DNA of 32,000 nucleotides from Corynebacterium glutamicum ATCC 13032 (GTDB lineage Bacteria > Actinomycetota > Actinomycetes > Mycobacteriales > Mycobacteriaceae): NCBI RefSeq assembly GCF_000011325.1, contig NC_003450.3:1230001-1262000 (forward strand). The letters are read 5' to 3'. Made by a program: the position numbers and the translations under genes. The notes under the pieces were generated by a model. It worked only from the letters and a program-made list of their open reading frames with translations, was not told the origin of the DNA and searched no databases. Positions 15,709 to 24,733 of this stretch are shown here, one piece after another; within the stretch, counting starts at the first letter, position 1; each line of letters starts with the position of its first letter.

Positions 15709-15716
15709 TGAGGAAT

Positions 15717-16496
15717 TTAGGCGCCGTGCCATTTCGAGTCATTGTCGAGCTGATTTTTGACCGAGCGGATCGGTTCCCAGGCGACGTTTTGGCGTGCCGG
15801 TTCAGAGGTGGTGTCGCGGGTGCGATAGACCACGTAGGGGCGGGTGACGTATCCAACTGGTGCGGAGAACGCGTGGACTAGGCGGGTGAATGGCCACAGT
15901 GCGATGAGGGTGAATCCAGCGACGATGTGGACCTTGAATTCCCAAGGGACATCAGCCATGAGCTCTGGTTGAGCGTTGAAGATGAGCAGTTGGCGCAGCC
16001 ATGGGGAGATGGTTTCGCGGTAGTCGTAGCCGTGTGCGCCGCCGAAGACCTGGGTGGAGACGGTGGCGATGAAACCGGACAAAATTGCAGCGCCGAGTAG
16101 CACATACATCACTTTGTCGGAGCGTGAGGTGGACAGGAAGACGGTTTTGTTGATCACGCGACGGATAATCAAGCCGATGAGTCCAAGGACTGCAGCGATG
16201 CCGGCAATGGTGCCTGGGATGGTGGCGATGAGGTGGTAAGCGGCGTCAGAAATTCCTACAGCTTGGGTCCAGCTCTTGGGGATGGCAAGTCCCATGAGGT
16301 GGCCGATCACCACGAACACCATGCCCCAGTGGAAGAGTGGGGAGGCGATGCGGAGGAGTTTGGATTCGTAGATTTGGGAGGAGTGGGTGGTCCAACCGAA
16401 TTGGTCGGCGCGCCAGCGCCAAGAAATGCCGATGATGTAGGCGGCGATACACAGCCAGGGGTAGGCAACCCAGAGGAACGTTTCAAAGTTTGACAT
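15717..16496 (-). CDS. narI: respiratory nitrate reductase gamma subunit (di-heme b membrane anchor)
   Basis: 259 aa, five hydrophobic helices, conserved His residues, and its position after narJ. Confidence 0.95.
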   Translation of the reverse strand: MSNFETFLWVAYPWLCIAAYIIGISWRWRADQFGWTTHSSQIYESKLLRIASPLFHWGMVFVVIGHLMGLAIPKSWTQAVGISDAAYHLIATIPGTIAGIAAVLGLIGLIIRRVINKTVFLSTSRSDKVMYVLLGAAILSGFIATVSTQVFGGAHGYDYRETISPWLRQLLIFNAQPELMADVPWEFKVHIVAGFTLIALWPFTRLVHAFSAPVGYVTRPYVVYRTRDTTSEPARQNVAWEPIRSVKNQLDNDSKWHGA

Positions 16497-16504
16497 AGTG
16501 TGTC

Positions 16505-17191
16505 CTAGTGAATGTCCGGTTGTGAGGTGGGGAACGGTAGAGGCGTGCCGATGCCCACCATTTCTGCTGGTGGACCGCTGCGGATGAGCTCCATGTAGCT
16601 GTTGGCGGTTTCTTCATCGATTTCTGGCAATGCCTGGCACAAAGACATGATCAGGTATCTGTAGGGCGAGTCGAGGTTGTCGAGGGCTGCGCGCAACACT
16701 TCGATGCCGTCGCGGTGAGCTGATAACACCTGGGTGGCGGCGTCGAAAAGCGAAGAATCAGCAAGCGCTGCGGCCTCAAGCACGACGCAGAGGTGGTCGG
16801 GCAATTCGTCGCGCTCGGATTCAAATCCGAGCTGTTGCAGCGTTTGACGGAAGGTGAGGATCGCCGTGCCGCGCTGCCGGGTGTCGCCCACAGCGTAGTA
16901 GGTGAGAAACAGTGAGCAGCGTCGGCGCTGGTCAAAGGTCTCAACGTAGGCTTCCTGCATGGCGCGTAGCCCAGCGACGCGTGCCGCGTCAAGGAACTCG
17001 ACCACGTGCGCCGCGACGGGGAGCGGAAGGACATCAAGCTGCGCCTCGACGGCATTTAGCTTGTCGACGAATCCCTCCTCTGGATAATCCAACAGCAAAC
17101 TATTCAGCATGAACACCACGCGCCGCTGCTCCTCCGTCATGGAGATGCGAGGCACAAAGTGATCCGGAATTTTGCCAGTATGGGTGCGCAT
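16505..17191 (-). CDS. narJ: nitrate reductase assembly chaperone (delta subunit)
   Basis: NarJ-like sequence between narH and narI. I place the start at ATG 17191 (MRTHTGKIPD...): it lies 4 nt after the narH TAG stop and has an AAGGAAGGA RBS. The longer track ORF start (17239) would overlap narH. Confidence 0.88.
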   Translation of the reverse strand: MRTHTGKIPDHFVPRISMTEEQRRVVFMLNSLLLDYPEEGFVDKLNAVEAQLDVLPLPVAAHVVEFLDAARVAGLRAMQEAYVETFDQRRRCSLFLTYYAVGDTRQRGTAILTFRQTLQQLGFESERDELPDHLCVVLEAAALADSSLFDAATQVLSAHRDGIEVLRAALDNLDSPYRYLIMSLCQALPEIDEETANSYMELIRSGPPAEMVGIGTPLPFPTSQPDIH

Positions 17192-17195
17192 CCGC

Positions 17196-18791
17196 CTAGT
17201 CCTTCCTTGGTGGGAACATCGCAGCGGGGCGTTCGCCAACGTTCCACGAGGTCAGACTCACCTTGCCGCTGGGAGCTCCCGTGCCACAGGCCTCTGGAGC
17301 GCCTTCGCCCAAACCGATGTTGAGCTGCTCGGTGGCTCGGGCTGGATCGACATCGCCGAAAGGATCCAGGGAAGAAATTCCGCGCGGGGTCTCAGGGGAG
17401 GCGGTGGGGATGACATAGCGATCGTCATACTTGGCAATGGCCAGGATGCGATACATTTCCTGCACCACCTTGCCGGTCATTCCGACAGCCTCTGCGATTT
17501 CTTCCTGAGGTTCGCGGCCCAAACTGATATCGCGCATATATGATCGCATGGCGGCTAGGCGTCGGAGGGATTTTTCCACCGGCCTGGTATCACCGGCAGT
17601 GAACAATCCAGCCAGGTATTCCAGCGGGATGCGCATGGTGGACAGCGCGGTGAGCAGGATCTTGTGGTCTTCGCCGTCGTTGCCGGACGCGGTCACCTCA
17701 TCAACGATGGGGCTTAGTGGCGGAATGTACCAAACCATCGGCAAGGTGCGGTATTCAGGGTGAAGCGGGAGGGCAACCTCGTATTTGAAGATGAGATCGT
17801 AAATTGGAGAGTTCTGCGCAGCTTCGAGCCAGGAGTGCGGGATGCCGTTGCGTTGGGCGTCGGCGATCACCTGTGGGTCGTGGGGATCTAGGAAGAGGGT
17901 CTTTTGGGCTTCGAAAAGATCCTTTTCGTCTGGCGTGGCGGCGACTTCAGCGACACGGTCGGCGTCGTAAAGCAAAACGCCCAAGTAGCGCAAGCGACCC
18001 ACGCACGTCTCGGAGCACACGGTCGGCTGGCCGACCTCGAGGCGCGGATAGCACAGCGTACACTTTTCGGCCTTGCCCGATTTGTGATTGAAGTAGACCT
18101 TTTTGTAGGGGCAGCCGGAAACACACATGCGCCAGCCACGGCATTGATCCTGGTCAACCAGCACGATGCCGTCTTCGGCGCGTTTGTACATAGCACCGGA
18201 TGGGCAGGAGGACACACAGGTGGGGTTGAGGCAGTGCTCGCAGATGCGGGGCAAATAGAACATGAAGGAATCTTCGATTTCTTTTTGCACCGTGAGGTTC
18301 ATCTTCTCCAGGACGGGATCCTGATCAAGCGTGGTGGTGGATCCGCCCAGGTTGTCATCCCAGTTGGATGACCACTCAATTTTATCGATGGGACGGCCAT
18401 CCAACTGACTGACCGGACGCGCAGTGGGCTGTGTTTTCTGACCCGCTGGCGCCGAGAGCAACTTGTCGTACTCATAGGTCCACGGCTCGTAGTAATCATC
18501 GATGGTGGGCAGCTTCGGGTTGTGGAAGATGGTCGCCAGCTTCTTCAACCGACCACCGGCCTTCGGCTTCAATTTGCCGGAGTTGGTGCGGACCCAACCG
18601 CCTTCCCACTTATCCTGATCCTCCCAGCCGCGGGGATAACCCACGCCCGGACGGGTTTCCACGTTGTTGAACCAAATGTATTCCGTACCTTGACGGTTGG
18701 TCCAGGCCTGCTTACACGTGACAGAACACGTGTGGCAGCCAATGCACTTATCCAAGTTCATGATCATTGCGATCTGAGCCATGACCTTCAT
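17196..18791 (-). CDS. narH: respiratory nitrate reductase beta subunit (Fe-S)
   Basis: 531 aa. The N-terminus MKVMAQIAMIMNLDKCIGCHTCSVTCK and further Cys clusters (CEHCLNPTCVSSCPSG, CRGWRMCVSGCPY) match NarH. The start overlaps the narG stop (TAATG). Confidence 0.97.
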   Translation of the reverse strand: MKVMAQIAMIMNLDKCIGCHTCSVTCKQAWTNRQGTEYIWFNNVETRPGVGYPRGWEDQDKWEGGWVRTNSGKLKPKAGGRLKKLATIFHNPKLPTIDDYYEPWTYEYDKLLSAPAGQKTQPTARPVSQLDGRPIDKIEWSSNWDDNLGGSTTTLDQDPVLEKMNLTVQKEIEDSFMFYLPRICEHCLNPTCVSSCPSGAMYKRAEDGIVLVDQDQCRGWRMCVSGCPYKKVYFNHKSGKAEKCTLCYPRLEVGQPTVCSETCVGRLRYLGVLLYDADRVAEVAATPDEKDLFEAQKTLFLDPHDPQVIADAQRNGIPHSWLEAAQNSPIYDLIFKYEVALPLHPEYRTLPMVWYIPPLSPIVDEVTASGNDGEDHKILLTALSTMRIPLEYLAGLFTAGDTRPVEKSLRRLAAMRSYMRDISLGREPQEEIAEAVGMTGKVVQEMYRILAIAKYDDRYVIPTASPETPRGISSLDPFGDVDPARATEQLNIGLGEGAPEACGTGAPSGKVSLTSWNVGERPAAMFPPRKD

Positions 18792-21700
18792 TAGTACTGC
18801 ACCTCCTGGGAGCGGCGACGAATTCTGGTGACCTCATCGCGGTTATTTCCGGTTGGGCCGATGTAGTTGAAGCCATAGGTTAAGTGGCCGTAGCCACCGG
18901 CAACATGGACCGGCTTAATCATGATTCGAGTAAGAGAGTTGTGAGTTCCGCCGCGCCTGCCAGACTTCTCGTTCAGCGGGGTGCCAGCGGTGCGTTCCTG
19001 CGCGTGGTTCATAAACACGGTGCCTTCAGGAATGCGGTGGGAGACAATCGCACGAGCAGAAACAACGCCGTTGCGGTTATAAGCCTCGATCCAATCGTTG
19101 TCAGCGATACCGAGTTTCTCTGCATCCTTGTTGGACATCCAGATCACCTGGCCGCCACGAGAAATAGAAAGCACATGCAGATTGTCGTAGTACTGCGAGT
19201 GAATCGACCACTTGTTGTGGGTGGTCAGATAACGCACGGTTACTTCTGGTTCGCCGTCGGTGCCTGTGACCGACTGGCCAGGGCCGACCTCACCATTGAT
19301 GTGGATCTTGTCCAACGGTGGCCTAAAGATTGGCAACTGCTCGCCGTAATCAATAAACCAATCGTGGTCGAGGTAGTAGTGCATGCGACCAGACAGGGTG
19401 TGCCACGGCTTGTCGTATTCAATGTTGATGGAAAACGCGGTGTAGCGACGTCCGTCCTTCTTGGAACCAGTCCACTCCGGTGAGGTGATCACCTCGGCGG
19501 GACGTTCTTTGACCATGTCCCAATTGATGTGGGTACCTTCGTGGTCTGCAATCAGATCCATCATGTCGGTGCCCACGCGTGCACCCTGATTCTTGAAACC
19601 TTCGGCGGCAACCTCACCATTAGACACGCCACTTAAGTGCAGAATCATCTCAATGGCCTTGACTGCGGAATCAAGTCGGGGGCGTTCACCAGCAGACTCC
19701 GTGATGGAGGTGCCGTTGATCAGCGCCAGCTCCTCGGTTTGCTTGGTCACGTTAAACGCAGTGCCGTGGGTTCCGGTACCCGCTTTGGCGGTGAGTGGTC
19801 CCAAGTGTGTCCACTTTTCATACACCTTGGAGTAATCACGTTCCACCGGGATGATCTTGGCCATCGTCTTGCCAGGGATCAGCCCGACCTCATCAATATC
19901 TGGCACGATACCGCCAGGCATATTGAGCTCATCCGGGGAGTCATGGGCAATCGGTGCGGTGATCACATCGGTTTGGGTGCCCAACCAGGTTGCTGCCTGT
20001 GAGGAGAATTCTTTGGTGAGATCGTGGAAGACCTCCCAGTCAGTACGCGTCTCCCACGGTGGGTTGATCGCAGCATTGAACGAGTGGATGAAGGGGTGCA
20101 TATCCGTGGTGGACAAATCATGCTTCTCATACCAGGTGGCTGCCGGCAGCACGATATCCGAGACCAAGGTGGTGGAAGTGTTGCGGAAATCCGTGGTCAG
20201 CATCAAATCGAGCTTTCCTTCCGGAGCCTCATCCCTCCACACAATGGAACTTGGACGATCCTCCGGCGCGTTTTCTTCAGCAGATGCATCAGAATCCACA
20301 CCCAACATATGGCGCAAGAAAAACTCCGTGCCCTTAGCTGAAGAGCCCATTAGGTTTGTGCGCCAGTTAAGCAGAATGCGTGGCCAGTTTTCCGGTGCAT
20401 CCGGATCCTCGCAGGCGAACTGCAAGTCACCATCGGTGAGCTGCTGAACAATATGGTCAGAAACAGACACGCCCTTTTCTTCCGCCTCCTGGCTCAAGAT
20501 GAGGGGATTGCGGTTGAATTGCGGGAATGACGGCATCCATCCACGTTTCATGGATTCCACCAAGGTATCCGCCGTCATTTTGTCACCCACGGTGCCACGA
20601 TTAGCCAGTGGGGAAGCCAGACGATTAGCACGAGTGTTGTCATACCTCCACTGATCCGTGGTGAGGTAGTAGAAACCAGTGGTGATCATCTGACGTGGTG
20701 GACGCTGCCAGTCTGTAGCAAAGGCATACTGTGCCCAACCATTCATTGGACGGAGTTTCTCCTGACCAACGTAGTGAGCCCAACCGCCACCGTTAACACC
20801 TTGGGTGCCACACATAGAGGTCAGCGCCAAGAATGTGCGATAAATAGAATCCGCATGGAAGTAGTGGTTCACACCAGCACCCATGATGATCTGGGAACGG
20901 CCCTTGGAATCATCAGCATTCTGAGCAAATTCCCGACCCAAACGAATCGCCTGATTAGCAGGAACACCCGTGAGCTCTTCCTGCCACGCAGGAGTACCCA
21001 TGACTGGATCCTGGAAATCCTTAGGCCACTCACCAGGAAGGTTGAGCTCTTCGCGGTTCACACCGTAGTGTGCGAGCAACACATCAAAGACAGTGGTGTA
21101 CTTTCGGCCATTCAACGTGATGGTGGGAACGCCCCGGCTGATGGTGCCAGCACCAATGGGGCCTTCTTGGGTGGCAGTTGCTGGGAGATCGAAGCGGGGG
21201 AAGAGGACTTCCGCAGTTTCGGTGTCAGTCTGTACATCTGCAATAGTCATCACTGGATCTACGCCGTCTAAGCGCAGATTCCACTTACCCATGCCTTCTT
21301 CACCCCAACGGTCCGCGACAGTGCCACCGGGATCTACAACTGAGCCATCTTTTTGCAGCACAAGGAGACGGTGGGTGGCATTTGGAGTGGCGGCAAGCGC
21401 TGGGGAGATATCAGCTGCGCGGTCTGCAGTGAGGAATTTACCTGGGGTGTAGGTGCCATCGCCGTGCTCATCTAATTCCACGAGGAAAGGAGAGTCCGTG
21501 TATTTGCGCATGTAGTCCATGAAGTACGGCGTCTTCTTGTCAACATGGAATTCCTTCAAGATCACATGGCCCATGGCAAAGGCGAGTGCGCCGTCAGTAC
21601 CAGGGTGGATGCGTGCCCATTCATCAGCAAATTTGGTGGAGTCAGCGAAATCCGGGGAAACCACAACAACCTTGGTGCCCTTGTAGCGGGCTTCCACCAT

Positions 21701-22537
21701 GAAGTGGGAGTCAGGCGTGCGGGTCACCGGAATGTTGGAACCCCACATCATGAGGTAGCTGGAGTTGTACCAGTCGCCAGATTCCGGAACGTCAGTTTGA
21801 TCGCCGAAAGTTTGTGGTGATGCTGGTGGGAGGTCGGCGTACCAATCGTAGAAGGACAGCGCCACTCCGCCGATCATCTGCAAGAAGCGAGTACCAGCAC
21901 CGTAAGACACCTGCGACATTGCGGGAATAACGGTGAATCCATGAATGCGGTCGGGGCCGTATTGGCGGATGGTGTACACATGGGCTGCCGCAGCAATCTC
22001 CATGGCTTCCTCATACTGAACGCGGATGAGGCCACCTTTGCCCCGCTGGGATACATATGCTTTGCGCTTTTCTGGGGTTTCTACAATGTCGCGCCACGCC
22101 AGCACCGGATCGCCCAGGCGTTCCTTGGCTTCGCGGTACATATCAACTAGCACGCCACGGATGTATGGGTAGCGGATGCGGGTTGGGGAGTAGGTGTACC
22201 AGGAAAATGATGCACCACGAGGGCAGCCACGTGGTTCATAGTCGGGCATATCCGCACCGGTAGTTGGGTAATCCACTGCCTGGGATTCCCAGGTGATCAC
22301 ACCGTCTTTTACATACACTTTCCACGAGCAGGAGCCCGTGCAGTTCACGCCATGTGTGGAGCGCACGACTTTATCGAAAGCCCATCGGTTGCGATAAAAC
22401 ACATCGGCTTGGCGTCCGCCCTGAAGGAAAATCTGCTGGCCTTCAGAACCGACGGTGCCTTTTCTTAGGAAACTGCCGAGCTTGAAGAGGGGGTTGATCT
22501 TTTCAGAAGACTTCCCAGAAGAAGTAGTTGTAGTCAT
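18791..22537 (-). CDS. narG: respiratory nitrate reductase alpha subunit (Mo-bisMGD)
   Basis: 1248 aa with N-terminal FS0 motif HGVNCTGSCSW and molybdopterin oxidoreductase domains throughout. Confidence 0.97.
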   Translation of the reverse strand: MTTTTSSGKSSEKINPLFKLGSFLRKGTVGSEGQQIFLQGGRQADVFYRNRWAFDKVVRSTHGVNCTGSCSWKVYVKDGVITWESQAVDYPTTGADMPDYEPRGCPRGASFSWYTYSPTRIRYPYIRGVLVDMYREAKERLGDPVLAWRDIVETPEKRKAYVSQRGKGGLIRVQYEEAMEIAAAAHVYTIRQYGPDRIHGFTVIPAMSQVSYGAGTRFLQMIGGVALSFYDWYADLPPASPQTFGDQTDVPESGDWYNSSYLMMWGSNIPVTRTPDSHFMVEARYKGTKVVVVSPDFADSTKFADEWARIHPGTDGALAFAMGHVILKEFHVDKKTPYFMDYMRKYTDSPFLVELDEHGDGTYTPGKFLTADRAADISPALAATPNATHRLLVLQKDGSVVDPGGTVADRWGEEGMGKWNLRLDGVDPVMTIADVQTDTETAEVLFPRFDLPATATQEGPIGAGTISRGVPTITLNGRKYTTVFDVLLAHYGVNREELNLPGEWPKDFQDPVMGTPAWQEELTGVPANQAIRLGREFAQNADDSKGRSQIIMGAGVNHYFHADSIYRTFLALTSMCGTQGVNGGGWAHYVGQEKLRPMNGWAQYAFATDWQRPPRQMITTGFYYLTTDQWRYDNTRANRLASPLANRGTVGDKMTADTLVESMKRGWMPSFPQFNRNPLILSQEAEEKGVSVSDHIVQQLTDGDLQFACEDPDAPENWPRILLNWRTNLMGSSAKGTEFFLRHMLGVDSDASAEENAPEDRPSSIVWRDEAPEGKLDLMLTTDFRNTSTTLVSDIVLPAATWYEKHDLSTTDMHPFIHSFNAAINPPWETRTDWEVFHDLTKEFSSQAATWLGTQTDVITAPIAHDSPDELNMPGGIVPDIDEVGLIPGKTMAKIIPVERDYSKVYEKWTHLGPLTAKAGTGTHGTAFNVTKQTEELALINGTSITESAGERPRLDSAVKAIEMILHLSGVSNGEVAAEGFKNQGARVGTDMMDLIADHEGTHINWDMVKERPAEVITSPEWTGSKKDGRRYTAFSINIEYDKPWHTLSGRMHYYLDHDWFIDYGEQLPIFRPPLDKIHINGEVGPGQSVTGTDGEPEVTVRYLTTHNKWSIHSQYYDNLHVLSISRGGQVIWMSNKDAEKLGIADNDWIEAYNRNGVVSARAIVSHRIPEGTVFMNHAQERTAGTPLNEKSGRRGGTHNSLTRIMIKPVHVAGGYGHLTYGFNYIGPTGNNRDEVTRIRRRSQEVQY

Positions 22538-22553
22538 GGATTGGCCTTTCGGT

Positions 22554-23906
22554 TTATCCCGGGAATGGAGCGTTCGGGCGGGCGTAGTAGATCCAGGTCA
22601 AAGCGGTGGCGATGATGAAGAACACCACGCAGCCCCAGAAGAACGCGACAGTTGGAGTGAAGGAGAGCAAGACACCGACAATGAAGGGGCCGAAGGCACC
22701 AATGGCACCGGTCCAGCCGATCACGCCACCTGCTTGGCGTTTAGGCAAAATCATGGGCATTTGTTTGAAGGTGCCAGCATTGCCCAGACCGGTGAAGAAG
22801 AACAGGGCAAGCATGGACCACAGGAATGGCCAGAAATCATCAGGTGTCTCCGCTCTGCTTAGGAAGATTGCGGCAGCTGCAGTGGCGATAGTCATTCCGA
22901 TGCCACCGACAAAGGTCCAGATAGCTCCACCGAATCTGTCACACAGTGGACCCCATGCAGCACGCACCAAAGCACCAATCAAAGGTCCAAGAAACGCGAA
23001 CGTAGCACCGGCGTGAAGCATCTCAGCTGGATAAGTCTCTGCCATCGGGGAAGCGATGCCGAAGTTGTTGTTGATGATCAGACCGAACTGCGCGGCGAAA
23101 CCGGCGAAGGCACCGAATGTCATCAAGTAGATAATGGACAAAATCCATGTGTTCTTGTTGCCAAAGATATCGATCTGTTGCCGGAAATTTGCGGTGACTG
23201 GGACATCTTTAAGAAACAGGAAGGATAAAACGGCCGCGAGAATAGTCCACGGGACCAACACAATCGCAGCATTGTGCACAAACACCGTGGTGCCTTCAAT
23301 GGTGCGCTGCGGGGTGAGGAAACCAATGCCCAGCAGACCGAAACCCATGACCCATGGGCCCATGAACTGAATTATCGAGACGCCGAGGTTGCCGATACCT
23401 GCCTGAATGCCCAGCGCAGTGCCCGATTTTGCCTTGGGGAAGAAGTATCCCGTGGACGGCATATATCCAGAGAACACGCCACCACCAATGCCAGTGAGTG
23501 CAGCGAGTGTGAGAAGCCACCAGTAGGGAGTGCTTGAATCTTGGACAGCCAGGAACCACCCAAACATGGGGATCAAAAATAGACCGGAGGAAATTCCGAC
23601 CAATTTGCGGGTTCCAAGAATCGGTGGAAGGAACATGTAAATCAATCGGATTAATCCGCCGGCCAAACCGGGGATAGATGCGAGCCAATAAAGCTGACCT
23701 GCTGAGAGATCAAATCCAATTCGATTGAGTAGGGGAGCGATGGCAGAAACCAAATACCACACGCAGAACCCAATAATCATGGAGAAGGTGGTAATCCACA
23801 GGGTTCGCCATGCAATTTTCGAGTCCCAATGTTCAGGATCTTCTGGATCCCACCCTTGCAGAACAACGCCTTTGGTGTTGAGTTGTGTCACGTGATGCCT
23901 CTTCAT
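22554..23906 (-). CDS. narK: MFS nitrate/nitrite transporter
   Basis: 450 aa, 12-TM MFS profile, and first gene of the narKGHJI order; 16 nt separate it from narG. Confidence 0.92.
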   Translation of the reverse strand: MKRHHVTQLNTKGVVLQGWDPEDPEHWDSKIAWRTLWITTFSMIIGFCVWYLVSAIAPLLNRIGFDLSAGQLYWLASIPGLAGGLIRLIYMFLPPILGTRKLVGISSGLFLIPMFGWFLAVQDSSTPYWWLLTLAALTGIGGGVFSGYMPSTGYFFPKAKSGTALGIQAGIGNLGVSIIQFMGPWVMGFGLLGIGFLTPQRTIEGTTVFVHNAAIVLVPWTILAAVLSFLFLKDVPVTANFRQQIDIFGNKNTWILSIIYLMTFGAFAGFAAQFGLIINNNFGIASPMAETYPAEMLHAGATFAFLGPLIGALVRAAWGPLCDRFGGAIWTFVGGIGMTIATAAAAIFLSRAETPDDFWPFLWSMLALFFFTGLGNAGTFKQMPMILPKRQAGGVIGWTGAIGAFGPFIVGVLLSFTPTVAFFWGCVVFFIIATALTWIYYARPNAPFPG

Positions 23907-24009
23907 GGTTACGCGGAAAGGCTTTCCGTCAAGCCCGCCCTATGGCTGTGATAAGTACTAAGATAACAGCTCTGACCTGCGCCCGCATGTTTTTCAACGG
24001 GGTTTTCCG

Positions 24010-24019
24010 TATTTAATTA
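24010..24019. promoter_or_regulatory. ArnR-type box TATTTAATTA in the narK-mog divergent region
   Basis: 10/10 match to TA(A/T)TTAA(A/T)TA, about 105 nt upstream of the narK ATG. Weaker TTAA-core copies lie at 24099-24106 and 24116-24131. Confidence 0.55.
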
Positions 24020-24030
24020 GGCAACATATT

Positions 24031-24046
24031 TGTGTCGTAATTCACT
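24031..24046. promoter_or_regulatory. GlxR/CRP-like site TGTGTCGTAATTCACT
   Basis: 8/10 match to TGTGA-N6-TCACA. A second weaker candidate, TGTGCTTATATCAACA, lies at 24066-24081. As far as I recall, GlxR control of the nar operon is reported for C. glutamicum. Confidence 0.4.
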
Positions 24047-24148
24047 TTATGCAGGTAAACGAATTTGTGCTTATATCAACATTCGTGATTCGGCAAAATT
24101 AATTAAACTGAAAAAGGGGATTAATTACCCCCACTTGAGGAGAAATTG

Positions 24149-24637
24149 ATGCCCGCACAGAACAAAAACCTCCCAGGATCCGTCATCGTTGTGTCTGATC
24201 GGATTAAATCGGGAGAAAGAATTGATAAAGCAGGACCCGTAGCAGTAGACCTTCTTCAGGAATCAGGCGTGGAGATTTCCACATTCACCGTCGTGGAGGA
24301 GGGCTTTGAACCTGTCCATCAAGAATTGGTTAAGGCGTTGGCGCGCCGGGATCGCGTCATCATCACCATCGGCGGAACGGGCGTGGGGCCTAGAAATCGG
24401 ACGCCGGAGGCCACAGAACCGCACATCGATACGCTACTGCCGGGTCTGATGACGCAGATTTTGTTCTCTGGACTGTCCAATACCGCGCAGGCGGGGTTAT
24501 CTCGGGGGCTGGTGGGCTTGAGTGCTCGCGATTCCACGGCCGCGCTCATCGTCAACGCGCCGAGTTCTTCCGGGGGCGTGCGCGACGCGCTCGGGGTGGT
24601 CTGCCCGCTTTTCGGTTCCATTTTTGAGCGTCTTTAA
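24149..24637 (+). CDS. mog: MoaB/Mog-family molybdopterin adenylyltransferase
   Basis: MoaB/Mog domain (VIVVSDR...ITIGGTGVGPRNRTPEA). The ATG at 24149 is preferred over the track TTG at 24146 because the GAGGAG RBS lies 6 nt upstream. Confidence 0.85.
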   Translation: MPAQNKNLPGSVIVVSDRIKSGERIDKAGPVAVDLLQESGVEISTFTVVEEGFEPVHQELVKALARRDRVIITIGGTGVGPRNRTPEATEPHIDTLLPGLMTQILFSGLSNTAQAGLSRGLVGLSARDSTAALIVNAPSSSGGVRDALGVVCPLFGSIFERL

Positions 24638-24689
24638 AAGATTTTTGCTTATCGACGCCTCCCTCCACTTCAACAATGTTTAGGCGCGC

Positions 24690-24722
24690 AAAAACCCGAC
24701 GGCGATAAAGCACGCCGTGGGG
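24690..24722 (-). terminator. terminator of the PAP2 gene (convergent with mog)
   Basis: On the minus strand, CCCCACGGCG-TGCTTTAT-CGCCGTCGGG (one mismatch) is followed by TTTTT. Confidence 0.6.
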
Positions 24723-24733
24723 TTGGCGAAGGC

